From assembly GCA_964057225.1 (NCBI GenBank), contig OZ059895.1, positions 15,748,001 through 15,812,000 of the forward strand: a DNA stretch of 64,000 nt, read 5' to 3'. The notes beneath the pieces were generated by a model, which saw nothing but the letters and a program-made list of their open reading frames with translations, ran no database searches and was not told where the DNA came from. Positions 1-13,200 of this stretch are shown here, one piece after another. The translations under genes were made by a program, and so were the position numbers. Position 1 is the first letter of the stretch, and each line of letters opens with the position of its first letter. This stretch comes from Auanema rhodensis (Eukaryota > Animalia > Nematoda).

Positions 1-1715
1 GAGTCGAAGTCAGTATTTTGGTAGAATTGAATCATACTATTATAATCAATGGAACTGCAGCCAAATTGGCCTTGTATGTCGTTGAAATAGTTATTAACCT
101 AAAGGGGAAGTTATAGAATGTTAAACGATTACATTAGAATCAACCCTTTTCAGCTTAACCAAAGAAGAAAGAGTATTGTCGTTGTGGAAACGGCAGATAG
201 CATGATCGATTGTTAAAGAGTTCTTGAAGAGACCCTGAAAATACATAATGAAGTTAAAGATATGAAAACGATTATAGAATCCTTACAGCATTATCTCCAC
301 TGTATTGAACAGTTTCCATGTAAGGTCCAAATACAGTTGACCAGAAATTTTGAATTTGTTTTTTGTCGTTGATATCTAATTTCTCACAAATACTACAAGA
401 AAATATTTACAAAAAAGTTGAAAAACACCAATACGTACCCGAATGTACTTTGAAGAGTGGTTCGGCCTGAAGCAACGGCAAGGAGTGTGGCAACTTGTTT
501 CATAGCGCTAGCTATAGATGCAGCGCAGGAAGCACTGGTGGATTTAATGGAAGCTTGAACGACCTCCATATATTCTGAAAAATTCAAAATTAGTTCAGGG
601 AAGTATATATCAATTTACGAGTAAAATCAAGCTCAGCCATAACAGGACCACTGCTGCCAACGGCGAAAGAAACGAGCTCTGGGTGTTTGATTCTCATCCA
701 AGCAGCCAGATTTCCTAAACCAAAGCTTTCTATGATCACCGATATTAAATAGAAATACCGGAGTAAGATCCTCCGAAAGTAACAACAGTGGAGTTGCCAA
801 GACTAGGCTTCAGTACCTTCAGTCCCTAAACAGCATTAATTAAATCATCTAATTAATAGAAATCAGAATACTTTGATCAAGTTAGCATAATCCTCAATAG
901 CTTGTTCAGAACTCAAATACTGGAGGTTATCAGTAGACATGTCACTGAGCGAAAGAAAGTTACTACATGTAACGAATCAACCGAACTTACGAAGTAGGTC
1001 TACTTTGTCCATAATACCGATGCTCAGCACTCAGAAGGAAAGCATTTCGTTCTTTGGCGAATTGAACCCATGGGAGAGAACCTGAAATACATATTGTAGA
1101 ATGATATGCAAAATAACGCTTACTATCAGTAACCCAATATGAACTTTCAGCAGATTCTCCTCCAAGCATGAAGAATATTGGTCCACCGACTTTATAGTAA
1201 TCGGCAGAGTACCAATATCTCTGTAAATTAAAATTTAGATAGAAAATTTTAATGTCTAAGTTTAACCAGTAGTCATTCCTATTCATATTCGTTCTATCTT
1301 TGAGTTGTAAAAGAACATTACCTGCTTATATGTTCCACGATTTGGGTTGTTATGATCAATGTAATTATCAAAAGTTGAGGCAACATAGTTTTGTTGGGGA
1401 ACGAATTCAGATTCCTAAAAATAAACTCTAAATCCACGTTTTAGAATATTTGGATAGTTTTTATCAAAAGACGCAAAGTACATGAGTACGATAGCAGGTA
1501 ATAGGGAGTCAACTTCATGAAGATACCTGTGGTTTAAGAACGAGTCCATGAGAGAATCTGCCACCAATCATAGGACGGCGTTTGTTCACCTTTTGAACAG
1601 GAGTTGCATGAGCCAGCAAGGCCAAGCCTGAAAATTTATCCAATATATTATTCAATCTCTAGCAAACTGTATGAAACATACCCAGAAGAACTAAAACAGT
1701 CCGAGAAGCTAACAT
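1..1715 (-). CDS. Peptidase family S28 (prolyl carboxypeptidase / pcp-like) secreted serine peptidase, copy A; multi-exon, 3' end runs off the window
   Basis: Spliced translation: signal peptide MLASRTVLVLLG-LALLAHA, then YIDHNNPNRGTYKQ-RYWYSADYYKVGGPIFFMLGGE, AEHRYYGQSRPT, LQYLSSEQAIEDYA, nucleophile motif VTFGGSYSG, AVGSSGPV. Short GT-AG introns. Confidence 0.92.
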
Positions 1716-1734
1716 TGTCAATGACTGTAAAGAA

Positions 1735-2095
1735 AGCTTTATCTTGAAGCATTTATATAGAAGATGGGGTGTGGTAATTCTTATCTAAATTTTTAATTCA
1801 ATACAGCATGATGTGATTAAAAACCAAATAATGATAAAAATCCGCAAGGATTTAATGCGTTTAACAACAAAAAAAAACCAAAATCAAAATTTGGTTCGTG
1901 TTTAATAATTTTCATCTGATTGTCTTATTAAATGACGTGATTATCTCAAGTTGACGTTTGATACGCCACGTTTTGATAAAATGACGTGATTATCTCAAGT
2001 TATCAGAGATAGGTATGCAAATTTTTCCCGTAAGTTCATTAGAGCGCGTTTCATATTTTCATTTTTAAGCTGTCAAATGAGTTAACCGGCTGTAT
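1735..2095 (-). promoter_or_regulatory. S28 copy A promoter: TATA-like box plus several GATA (TGATAA/CTTATC) sites; duplicated at 8743-9103
   Basis: TATATAAA on the minus strand ~40 nt upstream of the ATG; repeated ttatc/gataa motifs and two ATGACGTGATTATCTCAAG direct repeats. Clustered TGATAA is the known nematode intestinal (ELT-2-type) signature; function here is inferred. Confidence 0.5.
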
Positions 2096-2319
2096 CCACC
2101 AGGAGAAAATTCTCATTTCACCTTTAATCGGGTCATTTTCGTTCAAAAAGATCATATTCAACCCATGAGAACTAAGGTTATATTGGAATAGCTCATGTTT
2201 AATTTAATTTTTCCGTTGCCTGTGTTATATCATAGTTATGTGAATAATATATCATACAATTTACAAAAACTTAGTAGTCATAAAAATTTTATTTATAAAT
2301 GGTGTTTATGCTGTTAACA

Positions 2320-4684
2320 TTAAGCGGTAGATCCATTCAGCCAGGTTCTCAATGTATCATAAATAGTTTTTTTGGCGGCAGCAAGAGTTGGAGGATCGCT
2401 GGTGGAAGAACCAGCTATATCAGCACAATGAGCGAATCCTAAAACAAATTATAAATTATCATCTTAGGAAAATGTAGTGGCACCTTCAATCACAACAGTG
2501 ACAACACCTTTGTTATCGGACTTCTGTTTTCCTAAAGCAAACCATGGATCTAGGCTACCGTTGGACAGAATAATGCCAGTGGTCTAAAAAGTTGTGTTTA
2601 AATGACTTAGCTGTTATTCATACCTCTATTGAAGTAGCTCCATAGTTTTTGTTTGTTTTCTCTACAGCCTTAAGAATGTTGTCTTTGCTGAATTGTTCTC
2701 CGAAAACAGCTGCACACTGCTGAGCATAGAAACTAAAAATGATATGAATAATTTGTCATTCATGTTGAATCATACTCGGTGTTTAAAGTTCCTTGTCCTC
2801 CCCAGAAAGATCCAACTGTGCTGGAATCTGTGGTGATGTAGAATCCAAATTCATTGCAAGTTTGGTAAAGCCGAGCGCGATCTACAACATATCGTATTGA
2901 TATTTCGTCGTTTGGCTAGAACATACTATCAGAGTTTCTATTTCTAGTAGTATTCTTGAATGGTTTAATCAAACTGTCAAAGTCAATGGAAGTGCAAAGC
3001 CTTGGATGGTATCTTGGATCGTTAACAGAATTGAAATATTCATTAACCTAAAGAAACTATTAAAGAGGGTACAAAAACAAAATTTACAACCTCTTGAAGC
3101 TTAGCCAAACTTGTAAGTGAATTATCGTCGTGGAAAGCGCAAATACTATACTTAATGTCAACATAAGAATAATCTTTCTAAAAAGGTTTTCAATAAGAAT
3201 TATTCAATAAAAGAGTTAATCTTCATAAAAAATGATTTAAACGCTTACGTAGAAAAATCCACTTTGATAATCGAGGTTCATGTAAGGAATTAAGATAGTT
3301 GACCAGAAATTTTGAATTTGTAACTTGTTATTGATATCCAATTTCTCACAAAGACTGTAAAAGAGTACTTGTATACTGATCAGAAATGTGTAATATTTAA
3401 ATATTTACCCGAATGTTGTTTGAAGAGTAGCTCTACCAGCTTCAGTTTTTAGAAGTGATGCAACTTTTTGGAATGAAGTTTCAATCGAAGAAGCACATGA
3501 AAGGCTGCAAGCTTCCAATTGAGCCTTAATACCTTCCATATATTCTAAAACGGTTATGATTTCTTTGGAAAACTATATTTCAAATTACGAGAAAAATCAA
3601 ACTGAGCAGTAACAGGTGCACTGCTAGCATAAGCGAAGTCAACAAGCTCGGGATGCTTCTCCCTCATCCAGACAGCAAGATTTCCTAAACAATATGTGAA
3701 TAAAGAATTGCGAATAATTCACTTCAATACCGCTATAAGCTGATCCAAAAGTGACCCATTTAGAATCCTTAACCATTGGAAACTTGCTTTTTACTTCCTG
3801 AAAAAAAAAACAGTAAAACATATACTTAATGGAAATCAGAATACTTTGATCAAGTTAGCATAATCCTCAATAGCTTGCTCAGAAGTCAACACTTTAAGAT
3901 TTTCAGTAGACATATCACTGAAAGAAAAAAGATCATTACATGCTAGGAATGAACCAAACTTACGAAGTAGGCAAATTGTCTTTATAAAAACGATGAGTAG
4001 CGCCCACAAGAAGTGCTCCTTGTTCTTTAGCAAATTCATACCATGGAGTTTGGCTTCCTAATATAACAAAATTAAATATAAAATAGAGAAACATTAAACT
4101 CACTCATAGCAACATATTCTAAGCCACTACTTTCTAGGTAGCCAAGAATGAGGAAGACTGGACCTCCAGGTTTGAAGTAGTCAGCAGAGATAGCGTATTT
4201 CTGAAATAGATAAGTATGATATGAATTCATTCACAGTCTGGTTGTTGTGAACAATCTTTCTCCAAACTCTGTAGATTTTTCATTTTATGGAAATGTTTTA
4301 CCTGCTGATATGTTCCACGACTTTTGTCAAAATGATCAATGTTGTTATCAAAAGTCAAGATTGAACTTCCTTCTTGTGGAGGATATCCAGAATCCTAAAA
4401 CCCAAAATATAATCAATCATTCTGCATATATACATATTTTAGTGATTAAGTTTGAATATTTTCATATAATTTATTTAAGTAGTTTTATTTTATTTTTAAA
4501 TTCAAATTTTTACCGGGTTTGTCTGAAGTTCTTTAGCAAGATTTCCGATTATGGGTTGGTGTCCAACTTTATCCACGGGAATCGCATGAGCCAGAAGGGC
4601 CGAACCTGTAAATATCAGCATTATAATAAAAATAACTATTTGACACAAACCCAGAAGAAGTATAACAGTTCTTGAGGCCAACAT
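2320..4684 (-). CDS. Peptidase family S28 paralog B, apparently intact ORF with a substituted catalytic motif (probable pseudo-peptidase)
   Basis: ATG at 4684 (MLASRTVILLLG); exons give KYAISADYFKPGGPVFLILG, THRFYKDNLPTS, LKVLTSEQAIEDYA, WVTFGSAYSG, NGSLDPWFALG, FAHCADI; stop TAA at 2320-2322. Confidence 0.88.
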
Positions 4685-6383
4685 TGTGCTAGACTGTATC
4701 TCGCTGCTTCACCATTCAGCATTTATATATAGGAAGGGGGAGTGTCTCTTCTTATCTTAATTATCCTTTGAGCTGATTTCACACTACATTGGGCCACCGC
4801 CTTTTTGTAATAAGATAGGACGAAATACAATAAACCTATATTCTCGAAGATAAGCTATATTAACTTATTTATTTAATATTGTAGACTCGCAAGTGATACA
4901 GTTTATGCCTAGGTTCTAGGCTTTTCTTATATCTTTCAAATTTAAAAATTGGAATCAGTTAACTATGTTTATTCGATGAAAAAATGAGAGGACGAAAGCC
5001 ATATTGTTCTCATAAATTGAAAAATATTTACGATTGCTTATACAAACATATTCTTTAATTTTTAATTTCAAGATCTGGCTTATTAGTACATAAAATGTTA
5101 TGTTTTTCTGTTCGATTACTCTTCTGTCCGCCTAGTGTTGCAACATACAGTAATCAAACTATGCCGTAACCTGGATTGTAATATTAGTGGTGAACTCTAT
5201 TAATATAATTCAAATATATTTTTTTGATGAATTCAAATTTAAAGCTTATAATAGTGAAAAATATTCTTTAGATTTGGTTCATCATTTCGAATACCTTAAA
5301 GAAGATTTTAAAAACTTTGTATTTCTTTTCAAAACCAGGTTTGGAAAACAGAGGCTAATGAACGTTACAATGATGAACCTAAATCTTTTTCGATTCACAA
5401 AGTTATATCTCAAACTCTGTGATAGACTATAATTAGAAACTTGAACTCGTTATCTCGAGAAAGACTGTGGGAAGTGCCATTCCTGTTTTTTCCATTGACT
5501 CTCTGTTAACTTATCGCATGGAGAAATAAGAAAAATGATTACAATGATTAGTAAGGTTTGACTATATCATAGGTATAAAAATTGAAACCATCTTGATATG
5601 AAGAAAAAATTGATAATTCTGAATTCCAAAACGTCACTTTTTGATAAAATGAAGTTGTTATGTCATATTAGGTATGAAAATTTTACCCGACAGTTCATTA
5701 GAGCGCGTTTCATATTTTCATTTTTAAGCTCTCAAATGAGTTAACCGGCTGCATTAATTATCTGAACTTAATTCATGTTCGGCTCATGTTCAAATAATTA
5801 GTTTAAACAAAAAAAGATTTTCCACTTCAACATATTTAATTTTAATTTGAGATACCCCTAGGTTTTCCACCAAAATCTTGACAAGCCTGACTGCATCACC
5901 GAAACTATCCTTATTTTTTCATATGCATCATTATATTCACGCATGCATATGAGGTCAATCTGTTGTAGCTATTGGTGTTTGAGAGTGACGAACCCTTATC
6001 AGTTTCGCAGCGGATGTTTCACCTCCTGGAGTGGCACTGTTGAAACAGTGCGGAATGAAAACGGTACAGTAATCGCAATGTGTATCATCATTTTGCATGC
6101 AAGTTGAAACACGTTGATCAATCTACAATTGGTCCACAGAATAACTAAACTGAGAGCTGCCACTAGCTATGATACACGGATACACGTTGTAATAAAGTTG
6201 TATGCTTTTTCATTCTATTTTACAATGTAAGTCTCAACTCTAATGATACTCAATTCGTACGATCCTATCTGTCACTATTTTTCTATGAAGCATAGCTTTG
6301 GGATTACAATTGCGATCAGAAAAAATATAATTCAAGAAATATTTTATTTATATAAGTATTCTATTATGTTCTCTAATTCGAAA

Positions 6384-8723
6384 TTAAAGTCCAGAGTTCA
6401 ACCAGCTTCTTAAAGTAGCATAAATAGTTTTTCTTGCAGCAGTAAGACTGGCACGATCAGTACTAGAGGCAGAATACATATCAGCGCAATGGGAAGTTCC
6501 TGAAATAAAATTTCATATTTTTTCCTAAGAAATAGAGTTGAACCTTCAATGACAACTGGAACGATGCCAGTCTGGTTATAAGCATCGAGCTTTCCAAGTG
6601 CATGCCATGGGTCATAGCTACCATTAGGAAGAATGATGCCTTTAGTCTGAAAACTTCAGTTGAGACAGTTTGGTTTATCATATATTCGTACTGAAATTGA
6701 AGTAGCTCCGTAGTTGTTATTAGTGCCAACAATCGCCTTAGCAATGCTATTTTGGGTGAAGTTGCCTCCATAAATATCAGCACATTGTTGAACATAGAAA
6801 CTGAAGAAAAATAATAAATCATTGAAAACACGAACTTAAACCTACTCAATGCCAACATTGCCTTGTCCTCCCCAGAATGGTCCAGCGGTAGTGGAGTCAG
6901 TTGTCTGATAGTATCCGAATTCAGTGCAAGTTTGGTAAACCCAGGCACGAGCTATGGCAAAAAAATATTAATTCGAACATTCATTCTATCATACCATCAG
7001 CACTGTCGGAGTCGAAGTCAGTATTTTGGTAGAATTGAATCATACTATTATAATCAATGGAACTGCAGCCAAATTGGCCTTGTATCTCGTTGAAATAGTT
7101 ATTAACCTAAAGGGGAAGTTATAGAATGTTAAACGATTACATTAGAATCAACCCTTTTCAGCTTAACCAAAGAAGAAAGAGTATTGTCGTTGTGGAAACG
7201 GCAGATAGCATGATCGATTGTTAAAGAGTTCTTGAAGAGACCCTGAAAATACATAATGAAGTTAAAGATATGAAAACGATTATAGAATCCTTACAGCATT
7301 ATCTCCACTGTATTGAACAGTTTCCATGTAAGGTCCAAATACAGTTGACCAGAAATTTTGAATTTGTTTTTTGTCGTTGATATCTAATTTCTCACAAATA
7401 CTACAAGAAAATATTTACAAAAAAGTTGAAAAACACCAATACGTACCCGAATGTACTTTGAAGAGTGGTTCGGCCTGAAGCAGCGGTAAGGAGTTTGGCA
7501 ACTTGTTTCATAGCGCTAGCGATAGATGCAGCGCAGGAAGCACTGGTGGATTTAATGGAAGCTTGAACAACCTCCATATATTCTGAAAAATTCAAAATTA
7601 GTTCAGGGAAGTATATATCAATTTACGAGTAAAATCAAGCTCAGCCATAACAGGACCACTGCTGCCAACGGCGAAAGAAACGAGCTCTGGGTGTTTGATT
7701 CTCATCCAAGCAGCCAGATTTCCTAAACCAAAGCTTTCTATGATCACCGATATTAAATAGAAATACCGGAGTAAGATCCTCCGAAAGTAACAACAGTGGA
7801 GTTGCCAAGACTAGGCTTCAGTACCTTCAGTCCCTAAACAGCATTAATTAAATCATCTAATTAATAGAAATCAGAATACTTTGATCAAGTTAGCATAATC
7901 CTCAATAGCTTGTTCAGAACTCAAATACTGGAGGTTATCAGTAGACATGTCACTGAGCGAAAGAAAGTTACTACATGTAACGAATCAACCGAACTTACGA
8001 AGTAGGTCTACTTTGTCCATAATACCGATGCTCAGCACTCAGAAGGAAAGCATTTCGTTCTTTGGCGAATTGAACCCATGGGAGAGAACCTGAAATACAT
8101 ATTGTAGAATGATATGCAAAATAACGCTTACTATCAGTAACCCAATATGAACTTTCAGCAGCTTCTCCTCCAAGCATGAAGAATATTGGTCCACCGACTT
8201 TATAGTAATCATCAGAGTACCAATATCTCTGTAAATTAAAATTTAGATAGAAGATTTTAATGTCTACGTTTAACCAGTAGTCATTCCTATTCATATTCGT
8301 TCTATCTTTGAGTTGTAAAAGAACATTACCTGCTTATATGTTCCACGATTTGGGTTGTTATGATCAATGTAATTATCAAAAGTTGAAGCAACATAGTTTT
8401 GTTGGGGAACGAATTCAGATTCCTAAAAATAAACTCTAAATCCACGTTTTAGAATATTTGGATAGTTTTTATCAAAAGACGCAAAGTACATGAGTACGAC
8501 AGCAGGTAATAGGGAGTCAACTTCATAAAGATACCTGTGGTTTAAGAACGAGTCCATGAGAGAATCTGCCACCAATCATAGGACGGCGTTTGTTCACCTT
8601 TTGAACAGGAGTAGCATGAGCCAGCAGGGCCAAGCCTGAAAATTTATCCAATATATTATTCAATCTCTAGCAAACTGTATGAAACATACCCAGAAGAACT
8701 AAAACAGTCCGAGAAGCTAACAT
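6384..8723 (-). CDS. Peptidase family S28 serine peptidase, copy C (complete; near-identical to copy A)
   Basis: Same exons as copy A at +7008 offset; further exons give WVYQTCTEFGYYQTTDS, NGSYDPWHALG, TSHCADM, completing a Ser-Asp-His triad; stop TAA at 6384-6386. Confidence 0.92.
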
Positions 8724-9229
8724 TGTCAATGACTGTAAAGAAAGCTTTATCTTGAAGCATTTATATAGAAGATGGGGTGTGGTAATTCTTATCTAAATTT
8801 TTAATTCAATACAGCATGATGTGATTAAAAACCAAATAATGATAAAAATCCGCAAGGATTTAATGCGTTTAACAACAAAAAAAAACCAAAATCAAAATTT
8901 GGTTTGTGTTTAATAATTTTCATCTGATTGTCTAATTAAATGACGTGATTACCTCAAGTTGACTTTTGATACGTCACGTTTTGATAAAATGACGTGATTA
9001 TCTCAAGTTATCAGAGATAGGTATGCAAATTTTTCCCGTAAGTTCATTAGAGCGCGTTTCATATTTTCATTTTTAAGCTCTCAAATGAGTTAACCGGCTG
9101 TATCCACCAGGAGAAAATTCTCAATTCACCTTTAATCGGGTCATTTTCGTTCAAAAAGATCATATTCAACTCATGAGAACTAAAGTTATATAGGAATAGC
9201 TCATGTTTAATTTAATTTTTCCGTTGCCT
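7009..9229. repeat. Direct segmental duplication: 7009-9229 is a near-identical copy of 1-2221
   Basis: Line-by-line identity at a constant 7008-bp offset, including introns and promoter, with only scattered substitutions; identity ends after ccgttgcct (2221/9229). Confidence 0.97.
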
Positions 9230-9587
9230 ATATTTGAACAATTATTACTCAGCATATAGGATATGTTTGTTTCAATGACTTTTTCTGCTTGTTGGTAATT
9301 GTAAAGTTCATCATTTTAAAAAGGTAAAGTTTATATCACGAGGAATACTTAATATTTCTAAATTTTATATTAACAGACGAGGTTTTTAAGTTTTTCAGTA
9401 ATTCACCATTTCTGGAATTTACTGATGAAGTGAAGTTAAATTACCGTAATTGTTTAATAGTAGTAGAATAGTAATTTAAACATCCTTTTCACATAATTGC
9501 ATCACGCAGGTAAGTATACAAATTATTATCAGAACAACTAGCAGATTTAAGTTTAACATGTATTTAATATTACGCCGTACGTTCCAG

Positions 9588-9853
9588 GCTTTTGTTAGAA
9601 TTCTTAAGTTGAACTATTCATTTAAGCAGTGAGTTTTTCACAGAATTTAATTCAACTTTGAATAACTTAACTAAGTTTATTCAAGGGGAACGAAAAAATA
9701 GGTGATAAACACTTGATGTTTATGTTGTTATTATTCATCTATTTCAGAGTGCGTGAGTTGACATGGAGGAAACTTTTTGATCGCTTGGACATGTTGCTTT
9801 TAATTATTTTCCAAACAACTAATGCTATTGTCACATTTTTAATTTGTAAATGA
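9588..9853 (+). pseudogene. Orphan 3' exons (MA helix + TM4) of a Cys-loop ligand-gated ion channel paralog
   Basis: Exon ending 9701, 46-nt GT-AG intron (9702-9747), exon 9748-9853 splice in frame to EFNSTLNNLTKFIQGERKNRVRELTWRKLFDRLDMLLLIIFQTTNAIVTFLICK*, which resembles the neighbour's LREQWVFIFDRVDLICLILFQTLNITASALFMR*; AATAAA follows at 9871. Confidence 0.7.
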
Positions 9854-10224
9854 GATTCACAGTTTTACTCAATAAATGTAAAACCAATTATCCAACTCGT
9901 TCATACATGAACTTCGGTATTTTCATTTTGAAACGGCAGCTTCATGAGCAGTTCTAAAGCTAAATGTCGTCTGATATTAAGTATAGAATAACATGGATGT
10001 CTATCTTCATTTGAAAGAAAGCAAATAATTCTTCGGAAAATTGAGAGGGCGGATAGTCATATTGTCATGAGAATTTGGGAAACATCTGAGAATTCTCCGT
10101 CATACCTAAAGAGCAACAGCTTTAACAGTTCTGTTCTTGAAATTCTATTGAATTTTTATTTTTATTAACATTTTAAAAAATAATTTTGATTTGAATAACT
10201 CTTATTATTGGAAAGAAATGTTTT

Positions 10225-13200
10225 ATGCAATATGTGGGGAAGTATTGTGTTTGTGTTTGTGTGTTGTGTTTCTCTTTTGAAAAATTTTCTTTTTTTTCAA
10301 ACTTATTCCAAATTCAAGCTTTAAGCTTTTGTTCATCAAAATATTATATTGATTATCCATTGAATGATAAAGATATTCGTGAACTAAAGTTCTATTTTGA
10401 AAAGTAAAATCAAGAATCAACACAACATGCACAAGTAATAACTAGAAAGTTCAATAATAGTTTCAAAGAATAATAAATATATTTGCCAACTCAATTGAAT
10501 TGAAGAAATTCGATCCTAATGTGAGTTTGGAAGATGCGCTCATTTCTATATTTCACACAACGAATGCTGCTCCAAATTTTTCTTTATTCAACAATAACAA
10601 GAGGTAAACTTGATTATACAACCATATTTAAAGTATAATAAATACAAAAAACTATTTTCAGCTGTCACACCAACTCATGAACTTAAAGAAGACATTATTA
10701 AGAGGGAATATGTTGCAGATATAAGACCAACCCTCAAGCCAGATGATGTGACTACCGTAATCATAGAACATGAGAAATATTTTAATAATTCCATAATAGG
10801 TTACAATTGTTCCTAACAAGTTCATTTTGCTGGTGATGGATCAACAGCAGGAAACTATTCGTTTTGCCCAGGAATTTATGATGGTTCGTTACCTTACTGT
10901 ATAAAAGGATATTAAGCTATTCCCTGCTAGACAGCAGTTTTCAGAACTAATGTTTTCTTTTGTGGGAGTAGATTTGAATTTAATATAACGACAACGTTGA
11001 ATACTACCTGTTCTTTACTTCTTATCCATTTTTTTACATCTGAAAAGAACTCAGAAAAAGAATATTTTTTTAAAACATTACAACGACTTTTGCAATATTT
11101 ATAAACTCGGTTCAATTTTCAATTATTTCTTTCCTTTTCGCAACTTTTATTGCTGATAAATTGGTCCCCCAGCATAGTCACGTATTGTCTTTGGAGCGAA
11201 TGGTTTTCATAACAATAATGATTAAAAGTTAAACATGACAAAGTATTTCTTCAACAACATCACATGAGAGCCATGTGGTAAAGTTGGGTTGCTTGATCGA
11301 TCATGTTCCGATTTCTTACCAAATGAACTTTAAATACACCGACTTTTACCAGTCCCGGCTGCGGATGTATAAAAGTTTTGCGCGACGAAAGTGCGTTTTT
11401 AGTAAGGAATGCCACTGATAAGATTTAAGAAGCTCACGTATTCAGTTAATTATTTGCTTTTTCCCATAAGCTTTTCTTTGCAAAACAATAGCAATAATTC
11501 CATTATCTAAATCTGGCAATAAACTTGACAGCATAGCAATCGTCACTGTAACCCCTTTTCTTTTTATTTTCTCCATGATACATATATTCGCCTAATTGAA
11601 ATTTGTCATGCTCTATCTTTCAATCAACACATAATCTGGGTCGAATGTCCGGCTTCCGAACTAAGATTTTGCTGATTTCAGACATGGGTAGATCCGCATC
11701 TAACATGGAATCGCAGCTCATATGGGTATGGTAGAGATTGGATAAAGATTCCTGAAACATTTGTTTGGACCCCAGACGTGATTTTTGAATCAGCGTACGT
11801 ATGAAGTACTTTGAAGAAACAAAAATTATGCGAAGAAGAAAGACAAGGAGAATATCTGTATTAAAGTGAAATAGCCGGTTTTCTCGACATTGTCTAAGCT
11901 CTCTCTTTCTCTCCCTCTCAGTCACCACCACAGTGATGCTTCAGCGAAAATTTTGATAAGAAGCGTAACTGCATTAAAAAGATAACTAATAATACAGCTT
12001 TCTTATCATATGCTTCAGAATTGATAAAACCGAGATGATACCGCTTGTTCACCGCATGATAGATTTAAAGTATGATGGAACGTTACGCCAATCGAACCCT
12101 TCTGTGGTTAGTGAAATAAAACTAAAATAAACAATATATAAATTTGTCAAAGCGTACTTAGATACATTATCATCGAAGAGTATAGATAAAAATCTTTTTG
12201 TTTTTAAAAAACTTATTTGATTGATCTCTATCACGTTTATGTAGATGGAATTGCCTTGTAATTTGCGCATCCAGGATTTTCCGTTTGATGTACAGATATG
12301 CAGCGTGAGCGTGGGTGCGAAAACTAAATAAGCTAAAGATTCGATGAACTCGGTTCAGGTTCTTGGAACTTTGACAACACAGAAATCATAATGAATACAT
12401 CATCCAGACATTTTTTGCCCGAGGAAGATCGTTTTGAGGTTTTCCACAAGATTTAGTGCTTAATCTCACAAAAGGCTGATTTCCAGGGCAATAGCGAATG
12501 GGATTTGGAGAGCATTGAAGCTATTGATGAGAAGTCCGTCGATCCATTCACAGTAATCTTTGATCTTAAGCTGTTCATGCAACAACAACTCTTTTTTTCA
12601 GAAAAAATTATACTCTTCTATAAAATATAAAATTAAATTAAAACGGAAACCGGTGTATTATGTGCTTGTCATACAGGTTTCTTTATCATTTTTTTTCTAT
12701 CAAAAAATTAACGATTTTTAGGCACCGACCTTCATAGTGTCAACCTTAACAATTTTTGGCCTTTTTACTCCATTTAGTCAGGGAAACCTAAGAAGAGAAA
12801 AGGTCCAGAATCCTCGATTAAAACAACATTGCTTTCTCATTATAGGTTACATTGGGATTGAATATGTTCGTCTCCATCTCTATGATGTTAAACCTTGTGT
12901 CTAGTATGATGCCCAAGGCCTCTCGATTGCCATTGCTAGGTTTTAAAAACAAGAGTACCATATCATATAACTTGTTTGAAGGAAATTACATATTAGCGGA
13001 AATTTTTGTATGCGGATCTGGAGTTCTTGTTTCAATTTTAATAATTACATTACATCATAGATGTCACACACGAGCACTGAACCCACCTAATTGGTAATTC
13101 ATAAGCAATCCACAAACAAACTTTAACTTACATGTTTAAAGGCTTCTCCGAATTATATTTCTACGTTGCTTCAAACAAAAGAAAAAATGCAGCAACAATA

